DNA from: Takakia lepidozioides
Taxonomy: Eukaryota; Plantae; Bryophyta
Assembly: GCA_030704615.1 (NCBI GenBank)
Contig: CM060733.1
Location: 14,074,001-14,138,000 of the forward strand
Direction of reading: 5' to 3'
DNA length: 64,000 bases
Part shown: positions 27,710 through 39,964 of the stretch, piece by piece
How the letters are laid out: every line of letters begins with the position of its first letter
Numbering within the stretch: position 1 is the first letter of the stretch
Program-made: the position numbers and the translations under genes
The notes under the pieces: model-generated
Database searches by the model: none
Told to the model about the DNA's origin: nothing
Seen by the model: the letters and a program-made list of their open reading frames with translations, nothing else

Positions 27710-29445
27710 GCACACATGTCCACCAGGGCAGTGTCCAGAATGACATTTGGTACAATTCCAGCTTTGATGATGTCACCATGCACCTCTTTGCCCTTTCCTC
27801 TTTGCCCTTTCCAGGGCTGCCAGGCTTGCACAAGCATTGCAAACGCACACAAATGTGATGTGGTTGCGCTTCACCCCTTCCCCCATCATTTGCTCATAGG
27901 TCTCCAAGGCCTCCATCCCGTGCCCCTGCTGTGCATATCCTGCAAGCATGGCATTCCATGACACCAAATCTCGTTCAGCCATATTGTTGAACACTCCCTC
28001 CGCATCCTCAATGCTCCCACATTTGGCATACATGTCCACAAGGGTATTGTTCAGAATCACATCTGGTACAATTCCAGATGTGACGATGCAACCATGGACC
28101 TCTTTGCCCTTTTCCAGGGCTGCCAGGCTTGCACACGCATTGCAAACGCACACCAACGTTATGTTGTCGGGCTTCACCCCTTCGCTCATCATTTGCTCAT
28201 AGGTCTCCAAAGCCTCTATCCCGTGCCCCTGCAAGCATCGCACTCCACGACACCACATCTCGTTCAGCCATAGTGTTGAACACTCCCTTTGCATCCTCGA
28301 TGCACCCACATTTGGCATACATGTCCACCAGGGCAGTGTTCAGAATGACATCTGGTAATTTGACAGGCATTCGCCTTTTTTCCTCGGTTGTCCCACCATT
28401 GACTGGGGTCAGAAAAGTATTCATTCCACAGCTTCTCCTCATCTCTGTTACCTGTTTTTGGATACTTTCCTGTTGTGACATTGGCAGTATCATGTCAAAG
28501 TCACTCCAAACTATCAAAGATTCACGCAACCAGCTAACTTGCAGAATTCAACATGGAAATTTAGGGCCGATTCTGATAAGAGGGAAAAACAGGGTGAAAT
28601 GTGGTGCCTTCATTAGCAGTGCCTGATTTTATCAATTGTGCCGCTGCTGCTGCGGCTTCCAGTTGACCATCTACCCATGCAGGTTTCTTGTAGCTATCCT
28701 TCCACAGGGAATCATAGGTAATCTGGAGCTTGAAATCTGGACCTCTACCCCTGGTCCTTCAGCTATCCCTGCCTGTGCACAAATCATGAATACATCCTCA
28801 GCCTTGCTGCTAGCAGCTGACACTGACAGCGTGAAGTTCTTCCAGCAAACACCCAAACCCTACTTTCACGTAGTTCCAATTATGATTGCATCTGCTTCTC
28901 TATGTAGTCCAACAGGCATTCACCTTTCTGTCTCCATTGTCCCACCATTGACTGGGGTCGGAAAAGTGTTCACTCCAAAGCTTCTCCTCCACGTCACCAC
29001 ATTTCATTCAGCCATTTTGTCAAATACTCCCTTTGCATCCTCAACCACATTTCACATACGTGTCCACCAGGGCAGTGTCCAGAGTGACATTTGGTACAAT
29101 TCCAGCTTTGATGATGTCACCATGCACCTCTTTGCCCTTTTCCAGGGCTGCCAGGCTTGCACAAGCATTGCAAACGCACACAAACGTGATGTGGTTGCGC
29201 TTCACCGCTTCCCCCATCATTTGCTCATAGGTCTCCAAGGCCTCCATCCCGCGCCCCTGCTGTGCATATCCTGCAAGCATGGCGTTCCATGACACCAAAT
29301 CTCGTTCAGCCATATTGTTGAACAGTCCCTCAATGCTCTCACATTTGGCATACATGTTCACAAGGGTATTGTTCAGAATCACATCTGGTACAATTCCAGA
29401 TTCGACGATGGAACCATGGACCTCTTTGCCCTTTTCCAGGGCTGC
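27710..29445 (-). pseudogene. Mosaic of PLS-class PPR gene fragments (cluster 1)
   Basis: P, L and S motifs (VSWNAMLAGYAQQGHGMEALETYEQM; ITFVCVCNACASLAALEKGKEVHG; VILNNTLVDMYAKCGSIEDA) in truncated, frameshifted pieces at about 27710-28355 and 28995-29445, separated by a non-PPR module (28356-28990). Confidence 0.88.
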
Positions 29446-30008
29446 ACCACCGATTGCACCCTACAGCTTAAACACAGGGAGAGTAAGGTCCTCTTCAAAT
29501 CCTAGAAAGTTCCTCAGTTTTAGGTTATTTGAGTTAAAATGCCCACTGCATTCCAACAACGTCGCTATCCTTCTATTATGCCCGCTAATTGACGAGCGAG
29601 AGAGAGAAGAGAGCCAGGCCCAGGATCAAAAATTACCTGCTGACTTCCACATGCCCTGTCGAGGAAATGCCTTCAGCGACAATTCGATCTGCATTTTTAT
29701 AGTGGAGGAGAGCATCTGACGAAAGACCCCACTCATCTGCACGCACCGCTTGTGATAATTCAAGAACTATTCATTCATTTAAAGTGTAGTACCTGATGCA
29801 TGATCATCAGAGGGAGGGAGATCTCTTCCGCTTCCAACAAGCCAGCAAGCATAGGATGCCAATATTTGCAACCAAAGTTGCATCAACAGCCGCAACAGCA
29901 CCCAAAATCTCGCAGGAACTATGATGATTCGCGTCTACAAAGCAAAGCCCAGGAACTCAACCAGTATACCACTCGAGCTGCGAACTTCCGTTACAACCGA
30001 CACACAGA

Positions 30009-30150
30009 AATGACGACGATGACGTGGCTGACGACGACGACATGGCGTGACGACGATGACGTGTCTATGATGACATGGCGATGATGATGTGTCTACGATG
30101 ACGTGTATACGATGACGTGGACGCTCCACGTTAAACTAGCTCTCGACCTA
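30009..30150. repeat. Cluster of (GAT/GAC)n-GACGTG motifs; related copy at 46250-46370
   Basis: Repeated ATGACGTGG/ATGACGTGT/GACATGG units followed by AACTAG..TC..GACCT in both copies. Confidence 0.6.
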
Positions 30151-30926
30151 GAATTTAATACTGAAACCGAGGTAAGGTCGGGTGGGGAGGATTTGACAGT
30201 GGCCCACCGCCGGAGGAGCCCAGTCTGCCGGAATCCGGTGAAAGTACCGTCGGATCGCACGCTTCCATTAAGTTCTTAGATTATTCCCATTGCCATCTGT
30301 TACAACACACAACTCTGCATTCAACACACCCGCAAACCAGGGATTTATCCAAGACAATCTAAGTCACAGACCAACAGAGTCTGATATCAAATTTATCTCA
30401 CCTCATCACTCCTTGGACCATTTCCTCAGAGGTTCTTTCAGCCACGCAGGTCGCAGGTGGGCCTGCGAATTTTTGGTAGCCACGTCGTAACGACGGTGCA
30501 CCTTAAGGGAGAAAAGCAAGCATAGAGCAAGAAAGGTTGCAGGGCTTGCCAAGGAGCTGCCGTGGGTGGGCCAAAAGAATTCCGAACGTATTTGAGGGGC
30601 GGTAGGACCGTGTGACTGTGTGCACCTGCCCGCCGTCGGGGTGCTGGGTTTAGTCTACATGTGCGCGCAATCCTCCTTGTATTGTACGCATCCCTGGAAG
30701 TCAAAGAGGGGCCCAATTCAGGCCTGGAAAGTTGGAGAGGATGTCATATAATCTGGGCGAAGAAAGCTCTCCAGTGAAGAGCAGCTTGCAAGAGACACAA
30801 CGAGATACATCGAATCTGTCACGGTGGTGCAGCAATTGTCTATTCCAGGCAGTGAAGGAAGATTGGACAGTTGACGCTTGGGGATTCAAGAGTTTCAGGG
30901 TGAAGAAGATCGGTTGAGCCAAGAAA

Positions 30927-33900
30927 ATGGGTTCAGCGCTGAGCTTCTTAGGATCCAGTTCTACCGCTGAGGAAGTAACTACCGGTTTGGACCTGCATTC
31001 GAAAACTGTGATGGTTACTGGTATTTCTTCATCCTCCTTTGTTAACTTAGCGTCTCATGATCACCTAATTCACTCTTGACATGTTTGCACCGGCTTGATC
31101 TCACGCGTCGCTTGTTCCATCGATGTTTTTTACAGTGTAGTGCCCTGGCACCCAGCCAATTGCATAGCTGCTTGCAGTTGCCCACTGGATTAGTTTTTAG
31201 AGGGTTCATGTGAAAGGAAACAACCAGGCAGGTGAGAGATAGGTGGCGGAGAGAAGGGAAACGGAATGAGGAATACAGAGGGATGATACACATGTGACTT
31301 GAATTAGCCCTTGCATAGTACCTTGCTTTGCATATATTCTTGAATCCTGCCAATTGGCTCTAATGTTAAGATTCAGACAGTGCACACACACATATACAGA
31401 GGGAGGAAAGAATTCGGAAGAAGGGGAGGATCGTAGGTGAAACATTGAGTTCATGCAATCTATGCTCCTAATTTGAACAGTCAGGAAGAACAATCATTCA
31501 GTAGCTTTGTGTGACAAAACATTCCATTCTTCTGATTGGGTGAATCAGAAGGAAAGAGAAGGGACGACTACAGAAGGAAGTTTCTTTGTGTGAACAAGAG
31601 AGAGAAAATGTGGGTGGCCACTAAAGTCACAGATATGGAGTGCAGGAGCGTCATCTGGTTTAGGAGTGGAGACAGCAAGGGTGTTGGCAAAGAGAGGGGC
31701 ACGTGTCATCATAGCTGTCCGCAATACAAAGAAAGGAGAGGAAGTGAAAGCGAAGATTTTGGAGACGACACCAACTGCCCACTTGGATGTTTTGGAACTC
31801 GACCTCAACTCTCTCTCAGCTGTTCGCAAATTTGCAGCTGATTTCAAGTCGAGAAATATCCCTCTCAATGTCCTCATGTAGGGTATTTTCCTCTTAATGT
31901 TGATGCACAGAACTCGTGCAGATGTCACTGTGGTGGGTTGATGAAGGAGGGCTTGGATGGAAGTGAAGTTGGTCCTGGCTGTGCATGACATTAGACAACT
32001 TTGATCTCAGTGAACTCTTCTTACCTGGTATAGAGAACCAAGCTGTGTAAACTTACATAGGTGGCATGGCATGTGAACAGCAATAATGCAGGGGTAATGT
32101 TGGCCAGTTTCCAGCTGTCAGAAGACGGTCTTGAGAAGACTTTTGCCACCAATCATATTGGTAAGTCAGACTGTCTCTTTCTCTCCCTGGTGGGTGCCAA
32201 TCCCATAAAAGGCTACGGGAGGGTTAGTTTTCTGAGGGGTCAATGACCTTGGCAAGCCAGTGCTCGCAGGAAACTGCATGAGTACATTTTCTCTCTCTTT
32301 TGGTGTGATTTTGTCTCAAGATGCTAAGCTGGTGATGAATGATTGAAATGTTCCAATTTTCGTTGGTGGTCCGCAGGAACCTTTATTGAAATCCTGGTCT
32401 TTGTAAGCAGGTACATTTCTTCTGACCAATCTACTGCTTGATACCTTGAAAGCAACGGCCAAGGAGACTGGAGAGCAGGGGCGCATTGTGATTTTGGCAT
32501 CTGAGGCTCACAAATCCGCATACAAGGAAGGAATTCGCTTTGACAAGTTGAATGATGAAAAGAGGTATAAAGAGAACATGGTTAAGCCAGTGTCACAGAG
32601 TCATCAAAGATTTTACACCTTTCTGGTAATGGAAACAGAATGTACTTATTGATGGCTGTCTTCAAATGTTGGCTATAATGTACCTTTTGAGGGCATACTC
32701 CCCATTGGACAACCCTCCTAGATAGTTGTGGCGTTTTTGGCCCACAAAACATGCGAAAGTCTACCGGAAGTGCCATTGTACTCCTGTACACCCATGAACA
32801 ATGCGGTTACAGCAAATGCAGTTCTGATGTATGCACTGTATTGACATCCTACTACTAAGCATTAAGCTTGATTCCAACACTCCTTTAGATGGAAACGAAG
32901 GTGATAAACTTTGCTGCTGTGCACAGCTAGTCACACTATCAGAGAAAAGGCCAGATATTGGCAGACATAAGAAGAGCAATAGAGATTCTAAACCAGAGTG
33001 GACGTAACGAAGGTTATCAGGTAAGCAGTAACTGAAGTTCTTGCCAGTGGGCATGGGTAAGCAGTTACAAAGCTTGGTCTGCATATGGACAATCCAAGCT
33101 GGCCAACATTCTTCATGCAAAAGTGCTTGCTCAACGTCTCCAGGTTAGTCAACAGTCTCTGTTGCTTAGTGTAACAACCTGGCCAGGCGAGTGAAATTAA
33201 GCTTCTCCAATGTACCATACTTGCTGATGTGGCCTCAGGATTTTAGCCCTCTAATGTGATAGTAGTGTCACAAGCTACAAACTGGGACTGCCAAGACTGT
33301 GGCTGCAAAAACTGGACTGAGGGTCTGTGTAATGTAATGGTTGTGCATTACTTTTGCTAGGAAGGGAGAGAGTCAGGACAAAGCGGAATTAGGGAATTGA
33401 CTTAGTCAGTACGAATTTGTGTGTTGGAAAAGACATGGTGCTCATGAAAAACATGCTGCAATTGAGCAGGACGAAGGAGCAAATGTGACTGCTAATTCTG
33501 TTCAGCCTGGACTTGTCATTACCAACTTTGGCAAGGGTCAACTTCCATGTAAGCCCAGTCTTGTTAGCTGGGTGCCTGTCAGGGTGAAGGTGCAGGGAGG
33601 ACTCTGTATAGTTATTTTTCTTTGTTTCTATTGCACCCCTGCCTCTTTATGATTGATGTGACATGTGGGCAAACAAGGGAGGACAAGTGTTTTGCTTTTT
33701 GGAAAGAGGAGTACAGAATCTCTCCCTGAAAACTGCTCTTTGTGTTTGTAACAGCTGTGCTCTCTATCATTCTCAGACCTTTCGCGAAATCTGTTTCTCA
33801 GGTAAGTGAACTATGCGATGCATTAGAATGAGAAAGTATGCCTGCTTTTGTCTTCATGATTTGCTGACCTCTTGATATCTCTCTTGAATGTGGCTGACAT

Positions 33901-34216
33901 GGAGAGAGAATCTCCACTGCTGGAGTGAGAGCCTTCAGTGATGAGAGTGGCCCCGTTTCTCCCTCTTCTATTTCTTAACAGTTTCTTGAATACATCATGC
34001 TGAAATTCAGCTTTGCTGCGTCTCAATTTATTGTTTTCTGGTATACAGGGCGCGGCAACAACATGCTATGTGGCGACACATCCTGATGTTGCGGGGGTTT
34101 CTGGAAAATATTTCCTTGACTGCAAAGAAGACAATAATGTGTCTGAGAAGGCCAAAGACGGGGAGTTGGCAGCTCAACTATGGAAGTACAGTGAGGATTT
34201 TGTTGCTTCACATTAA
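30927..34216 (+). CDS. Short-chain dehydrogenase/reductase, TIC32/retinol-dehydrogenase-like; exons 30927-31020, 31646-31877, 32081-32160, 32411-32564, 33065-33143, 33470-33548, 33755-33801, 34049-34216
   Basis: [12 protein letters not shown](P)-binding VTGASSGLG, LINNAGVM, FATNHIG, catalytic [32 protein letters not shown]; all introns GT-AG and in phase. Confidence 0.93.
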
Positions 34217-36419
34217 GAAGAGGTGATGACAAGTTGAAATCTCATCAGGCTGTGGACCAAGTGGTTGAGATGCAGTTTAGGCCTGTTTTCCTTCAATTTT
34301 CCACCTATGACTGATGTACACCATATCTACCACCCTGGACTAGACATTTCCTGTGTGGAGTTCCCAGAATCACAGTTGCCAGCTCCTTCTCGACTTCTTT
34401 TTTGTCATGTGAAGCTAATGCTAATTCTGCTCTGTTTGAGGGTCTCAATCTTGTGTCCAGGTTTCTGCAGACATATTTAAACGGCAAGACTAGTCCTTAT
34501 ATTAGCAGGTGCTTAGCATAGCTCTACTTATGTTTTGTTGGTCTTCCAGGGAGAGGGTGGTTACGAGTAAAAGATCTGTGCTACTATCAGAAAGTGTCCC
34601 ATGAATTGACTAAGGTGCAACTTATGATAAATTTTGCCCCTAGAGAGGTTTGACACATATAAATGAATGAAATGCTTAGAATGAATGAATCTGCCGTGTT
34701 TACGCCAAACTCTACAGTGATCTTGGTTCCTGTAATAAGCATCTGACGGCTTTGCATGCATGGACACGGGCATATTGTTGCATTTCAGGCAAATCTAGAG
34801 TCATTGGGCAGAAGTACAACTTCCAGGATACAATCTGCAGGTTTTCAACAACACCCCTCCGGTAAAGAGATATACACATTGTGGTTTCTGGCTATGAAGC
34901 ATCCCGGATGCATCATTATGACAATGTTGTTCCGAACCCCACAAGTTTCCAACCTCTGTCTGGCAATTCATCTTCTAACTCATCTACCGGGAACAAATTT
35001 AAGTTTGGACAATGATAAGGACTGAAGTTGAGATCCTTGATGTACTCATGTCTCTCTGCGAAGCATCTAGAACTTTGATACTATGGTGTTGGAAAAGACA
35101 CAAGGAAAGAGACGTTTATTGTTTAAAAGAAACTCCCCGCTCTAAGTTTGAATTTCACTGAAGTACTGAAGGTAGGTAGGCCCAAGTCATATCATCCTTC
35201 CACTTTGGACATGGCCGTAGACACTTCAAACTCCCAAGTCTACTGCACCTAGCATCCATCCACAAGAATACAAAAATTAGCCTAAAATTGCCATAGTTCT
35301 TGGGCATCACATGGGATTAATTGTTCATTTAATAATTGGTTTTGGTGTCATTTCTGAACATACACGGCCAACTCTTGAGTAGTTACTGTAACTTATGCGT
35401 CTACCGAGTAAGTGCTACCAACTCTGCTGCTAATCAGGGAGTGACGAGAGGCAGAATGTAAGCCCTATGGCTAGTAAGGAGATCGTCCATGTGGCCAAAT
35501 AGAAGTATGACACCTCCTGAAGGAAGTGTAATTATGGTGTTTCTTGGGGAAGGTGGACACCTTTGTGATACCTATTGTGGATTGAACCCACAACCACTTC
35601 TGAGGTGGTATGTGCCGTCCATAAGGCAAGATGTAGCTATTCCAATTTGTTTTGAGAAAGAGCTACTAGGTTTGGGGAAGGGGAGTATTGATTACAAAAC
35701 TTAAAACAATAAAAAATATGAACAATTAATTTTCTTATTTTGACCAACCCAAGGGGAAAGAAAACATGACGAACCCTATATATATATATTAAAAATATAT
35801 ATATATATACGAACATGCATGGAAAAGAAAATCGGCCAATAGCGTAGGTGCAAGTCGTGGAGTTAGTCACCACTTCTGTAGTCCATGCAATTGCCATGTG
35901 GGATCCCCTGAAGTATGGATAATTATTTGTAAAGAGTGGGAGGAATGGAAAGGGAGATCTAGATTATTGTATAGATATGCAATGCGGGAATGAAGGCTAA
36001 AGAGTGAAGGGGGAGTGAAGGCTAGATCGAGCGGGGAGCAGGGTTGTAAAAATTGGCAATGGTACAGCTGTACATCCGGAGTTGGCGATGGAGCCGTACT
36101 TGCCTATGCAGTTGGTCAAACCTATGCCAGATTTTTTTTTTTTTAAAAACTGGTTCGGTGTCATTTTTTCTATTTTTTCTATTTTTTCTATTTTTCTTTA
36201 AAAATATATTAATACTGATCTTTGTTAGTAGGTGGAATTATCAAGGCTCATGTATCTGGATATTTTGTCTGTTGTTTTCGTAGGTATTTGATGTGGATGA
36301 ACAATTTTATAATTGTTCTTGACTTTGGGTTATACTGTTGTCCATTGTAGTTTGTCAAGTTTACATGGTGACAATTTGGGGGTCATAGCATTTTTTGAGG
36401 TGAGTTGTGTAGATCCAAT

Positions 36420-36900
36420 ATCATGGCGCACAAGCAAACGGTCTTTATTGCGATGTTCCAAAGAGCAATTATGAAAGTGAATTTGCATTGAAACACGCAG
36501 CAGAGGTCGGAGATTCGTATGAGGGCATTGGAGAAAAAAATATATAAAATTCTAAAGCGGCCAATTGGACGACCTAGGACTGAATATTTAAAGCGACATT
36601 GCAAATCAAGCAAGAAGAAGATGATCATGATCATTCAGGACATAAAAAACAAGAGAAAAATACACCAACTGGAGTATGGTTTGCTTCTCATCTCTAGCCT
36701 CCCATCTACGCAAAAAACACCGTAGCTTGAGTACAGATTTGCATTGCATCAAGGCATTTCACAGAAAACCTGGAAACGTTTACGGCCCCATATGACAAGT
36801 TGAGTGGAGGATCATTGGCAAAATGGTTTACACCAGAAGGAGTGCTGAAAGAGAAATTCGGTCAAGCCATAGAAAGAGGAACTGTCTCTCTTGTTGCTAC
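36420..36900 (+). mobile_element. Degenerate DNA-transposon ORF fragment, possibly pogo/DDE_1-like N-terminus
   Basis: Frameshifted reading KRPIGRPR (AT-hook-like)...KYTNW..FASHL*PPIYA.KHRSL...FHRKPG..YGPYDKLSGGSLAKWFTPEGVLKE; family assignment from memory only. Confidence 0.35.
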
Positions 36901-37199
36901 CACACACCTCTCAATTATGAATAATAGTATGGGTTAATGGGTCTGGATAATGCATATTTGTTGAAGACACACTGTTAGGGTATAAATGTGTATTATCAAA
37001 ATAGAACTCAGGACTCAGAGTAAGGTTATTTAACGAGTTTGGCTAATCCGCATATATCCATTGGATAAATACAAATTAGATAGGGTAAATGTAGCCTGGT
37101 AAATCTTAATTTTTGCAAAGGATTTTGAGTGGATTAGTGATATAAAATTCCAATAGCTTCGAAAGAAAAGTCAACATTGAAATCTCTAAATGCATAAAT

Positions 37200-37680
37200 T
37201 TGCTTTAATGTCGAAGTCATCCAAATAACTATCCACCAATTTATTTATCTCATCTTCAAATTCTTCTTTCAATTCATTAAGCAAGGACTTTCAGCTTTTG
37301 CCTTGGTGACATCATCAAAATCATTGGTAAATGCATTGCAACCAATTCGTGTGTCGTCAGGCCAATTTTTGACAACCAACACAAGATGGTCCAAATCCAA
37401 TGACTCCAAGGCAAGGACTTCAACTTGTCAAAATGCTAGCAATCGAGAATAGTCTCTTTGTCTCGATCTAGCTACCGGGGATCCTTAGGATTTGTCGTAC
37501 TAAATATGCAATCGTCGAGAATTGCCCCTCACGTATTCTCTACCATTCCAAAGATTTTTCACATGTTTCTATGGGAACTTGCATATGCAAAAAACATGTA
37601 ATTTCTCGCAGTACAGACAATATATTGATCTATTAGCCTTCAAGCATGAAAAATGAGACTTCAAGCATATTTCATTATAT
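37200..37680 (-). mobile_element. hAT transposase C-terminal dimerisation domain relic
   Basis: LEW*RIREGQFSTIAYLVRQILRIPGS*IETKRLFSIASILT...LDHLVLVVKNWPDD. Confidence 0.85.
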
Positions 37681-39289
37681 ACCTCAACTAATAAATCAGC
37701 CATAAGTACATATTTGATCCCCGTTACAGAGATTTATCATTGGTGGGCAGTTTTGTAGGTCGCATAAGTGTCATCCGCATTGCTCACAATAGATTGGTCA
37801 TTCCCTTGCTCATTAACTTGTATCTAAAGAATCATCCTTCAACGGGAATATAGGTCGCAGATCCCGAAACAATAAATAGTAGGAATATAGTGTTTGGAGG
37901 TACTAGTGGAGTCTTTGGGGCTGACATTTCATTACAAGACCTTGTCTTTGAACATGCTAGGATATTTTTAATGTCTTGAGCTTAAAACTTGATTTTTCAA
38001 GATTGGTTTATTATTCTCAAGGTCTATTTTGAAATCTGGTCAAGTCTGATTTTTTGTGGTTGAAGTCTAATTTATAGAGTTAATTTATAATGACTAAGAT
38101 CAAGTTTGAAATTAATAAACAACTGTAGTACATCTCTAACCAATGCTAGCCAATTTTACATGTCACACTGAACGTTCTTTCTTCTAAACCTTCGATATAT
38201 TATAACTAGCTACGCTAACTCATCTGAGCTATTTATTGAGAGGGAAGAACTGGATTGTTAAAAAGAAGTATATTTTTAGTGCAAATTTTACTCTATCATG
38301 TGGTTGTGTGATGTCTGCTTCATTGTGAAGATCTCCACTTCCACCAGTTTTTTTTCTTTTCCTTGGAGGCTTCCCAATCACCGCAGGTCCTTCAGCCAAG
38401 TTGGCACCCAAAATGTCGTCTAATAGCAACTGTATAGCCACCAATGATTTTCATAATATATTTCCAAAGTTAATGTGAGAATGAAGAATTGGACTGTAAA
38501 AATAAATATGTTTATGGTAAGAATCTTACCGTATTATTTGTTTACGCCTGTCGGCTTTGGTCTTAAAATCTATACTGAAATAACGCATGATGTTGGATCC
38601 ACCAGGCCTTTTGAATTTGTTAAGGTACTCATCTAACGGAATCTTCATCACTTACCCGAAAATGCCTCAATGAATTTCTTTAGGTTTTTTTTGTTGGATC
38701 TCATTTAAAAAGAGGAGAGTGTCAGATTGGGTTGTTAGTATGGCAGTCAAGGAAATGGACGATGTGGCTGATCTTCCTCTCGTTGTCGAGGGCAACACCG
38801 AAATGTTATGTTTGTCTCAGATTGCGAAAAAGTTCATCAATCCCGCTGTTGGAGAGAGAGGTTGTCTACTCGTTGATCAAGGTGGTCTTAGACCTTGGAA
38901 GGGCGCTCTAGTCCAAGATTTTATAAAGAATGTGACGGATGAGTGTTTACAAATCAATAAGAGCTCACTGAGCCTTGTGCCCGAAGAGATTGAGTTTGTG
39001 CACGAAGAGATGTCATCCGTGCTTATGTTTACAAATTGTTGACAGGCAATTATCATCCGTGGTTGTGTAAAGCAGACTTTACACTGATCATGCAATCGAT
39101 GATGGGCTCGACTGCAAATGCAAAATTCGTGAAACGATTCAGGAATGTCATCGCCAAAGCAGCCAAGCTGCATGGATGGAGTTCTTCTGAATCAGACTCT
39201 TGGATACAATAAAAGATTCCATTTGGAATTTTTGTAGAGGCGTTGCGGCTATTGTGGGATTCACAATGTTCTACCGAAAAGTAGCGCCA

Positions 39290-39960
39290 AAAGCCTTTAG
39301 AAATATAAGTATATACTGCTCAACAAGTCCAATGTCACTTGATTAGCTGACGTAGGTTTGCAATAAATAGTCATGTCGTTTTTAACGCTCTTGCAGGCAT
39401 CATCTTTGCTATCAAACACCTTGATATCCGTTGCTGCTGGAAGGTTCAAGTCATATTGACATCGGTCACCCTCGAACAACATGCACGAGAAACGGCCTCC
39501 CTTGTTAATTATTGTATGGGTAAGAGTTTCGAATTATCAATAGTCGCGCATCCCTACAGAGTCTGTGTGTCCTGAAAACTCTATAATATACAACATCTAA
39601 CCGATAACTTTCTTCAACGATAGACACATTGCAAATCGGCCTATGATCCAGTCGGATGCAATGTATACATCTCAACGAGTATATAATTGGCGCAGGTTTG
39701 ATTTTTTGGGACTAAGTGTCATTTGCTCCTTGAGCACATTTGTCTCATCAACATGCTAGTGAAACAGAGCATCACTCTCGCTAGCAAATGTATCAGATGC
39801 AATTGTTGCATAAGCTACATTCAACCCTTCCGCAGACATCTGATTCATGGTACTGTTGATTACAGACTGTTTCCAATAGTCCAAATCAAAACCATAGGTA
39901 GGTTCCTACAAGGCTGTCCTAGGCACTCATCCGGCGGCAAAAAACTAATCCTCTGATTCT
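39290..39960 (-). pseudogene. Crinkler/RHS-type (CR NTPase + restriction-endonuclease-fold) gene relic
   Basis: Motif order G.VPRTAL ... SESDALFH ... VYIASDWII ... GMR...FETLTHTIINKGGRFSC ... LNLP ... YCKPTSANQVTLDLL, with stops. Confidence 0.55.
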
Positions 39961-39964
39961 GTTT

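Noticed and set aside
38719-39042. 107-aa plus-strand ORF inside the CR-like region
   Set aside because: No recognisable family and a non-ATG start; not callable as a gene.
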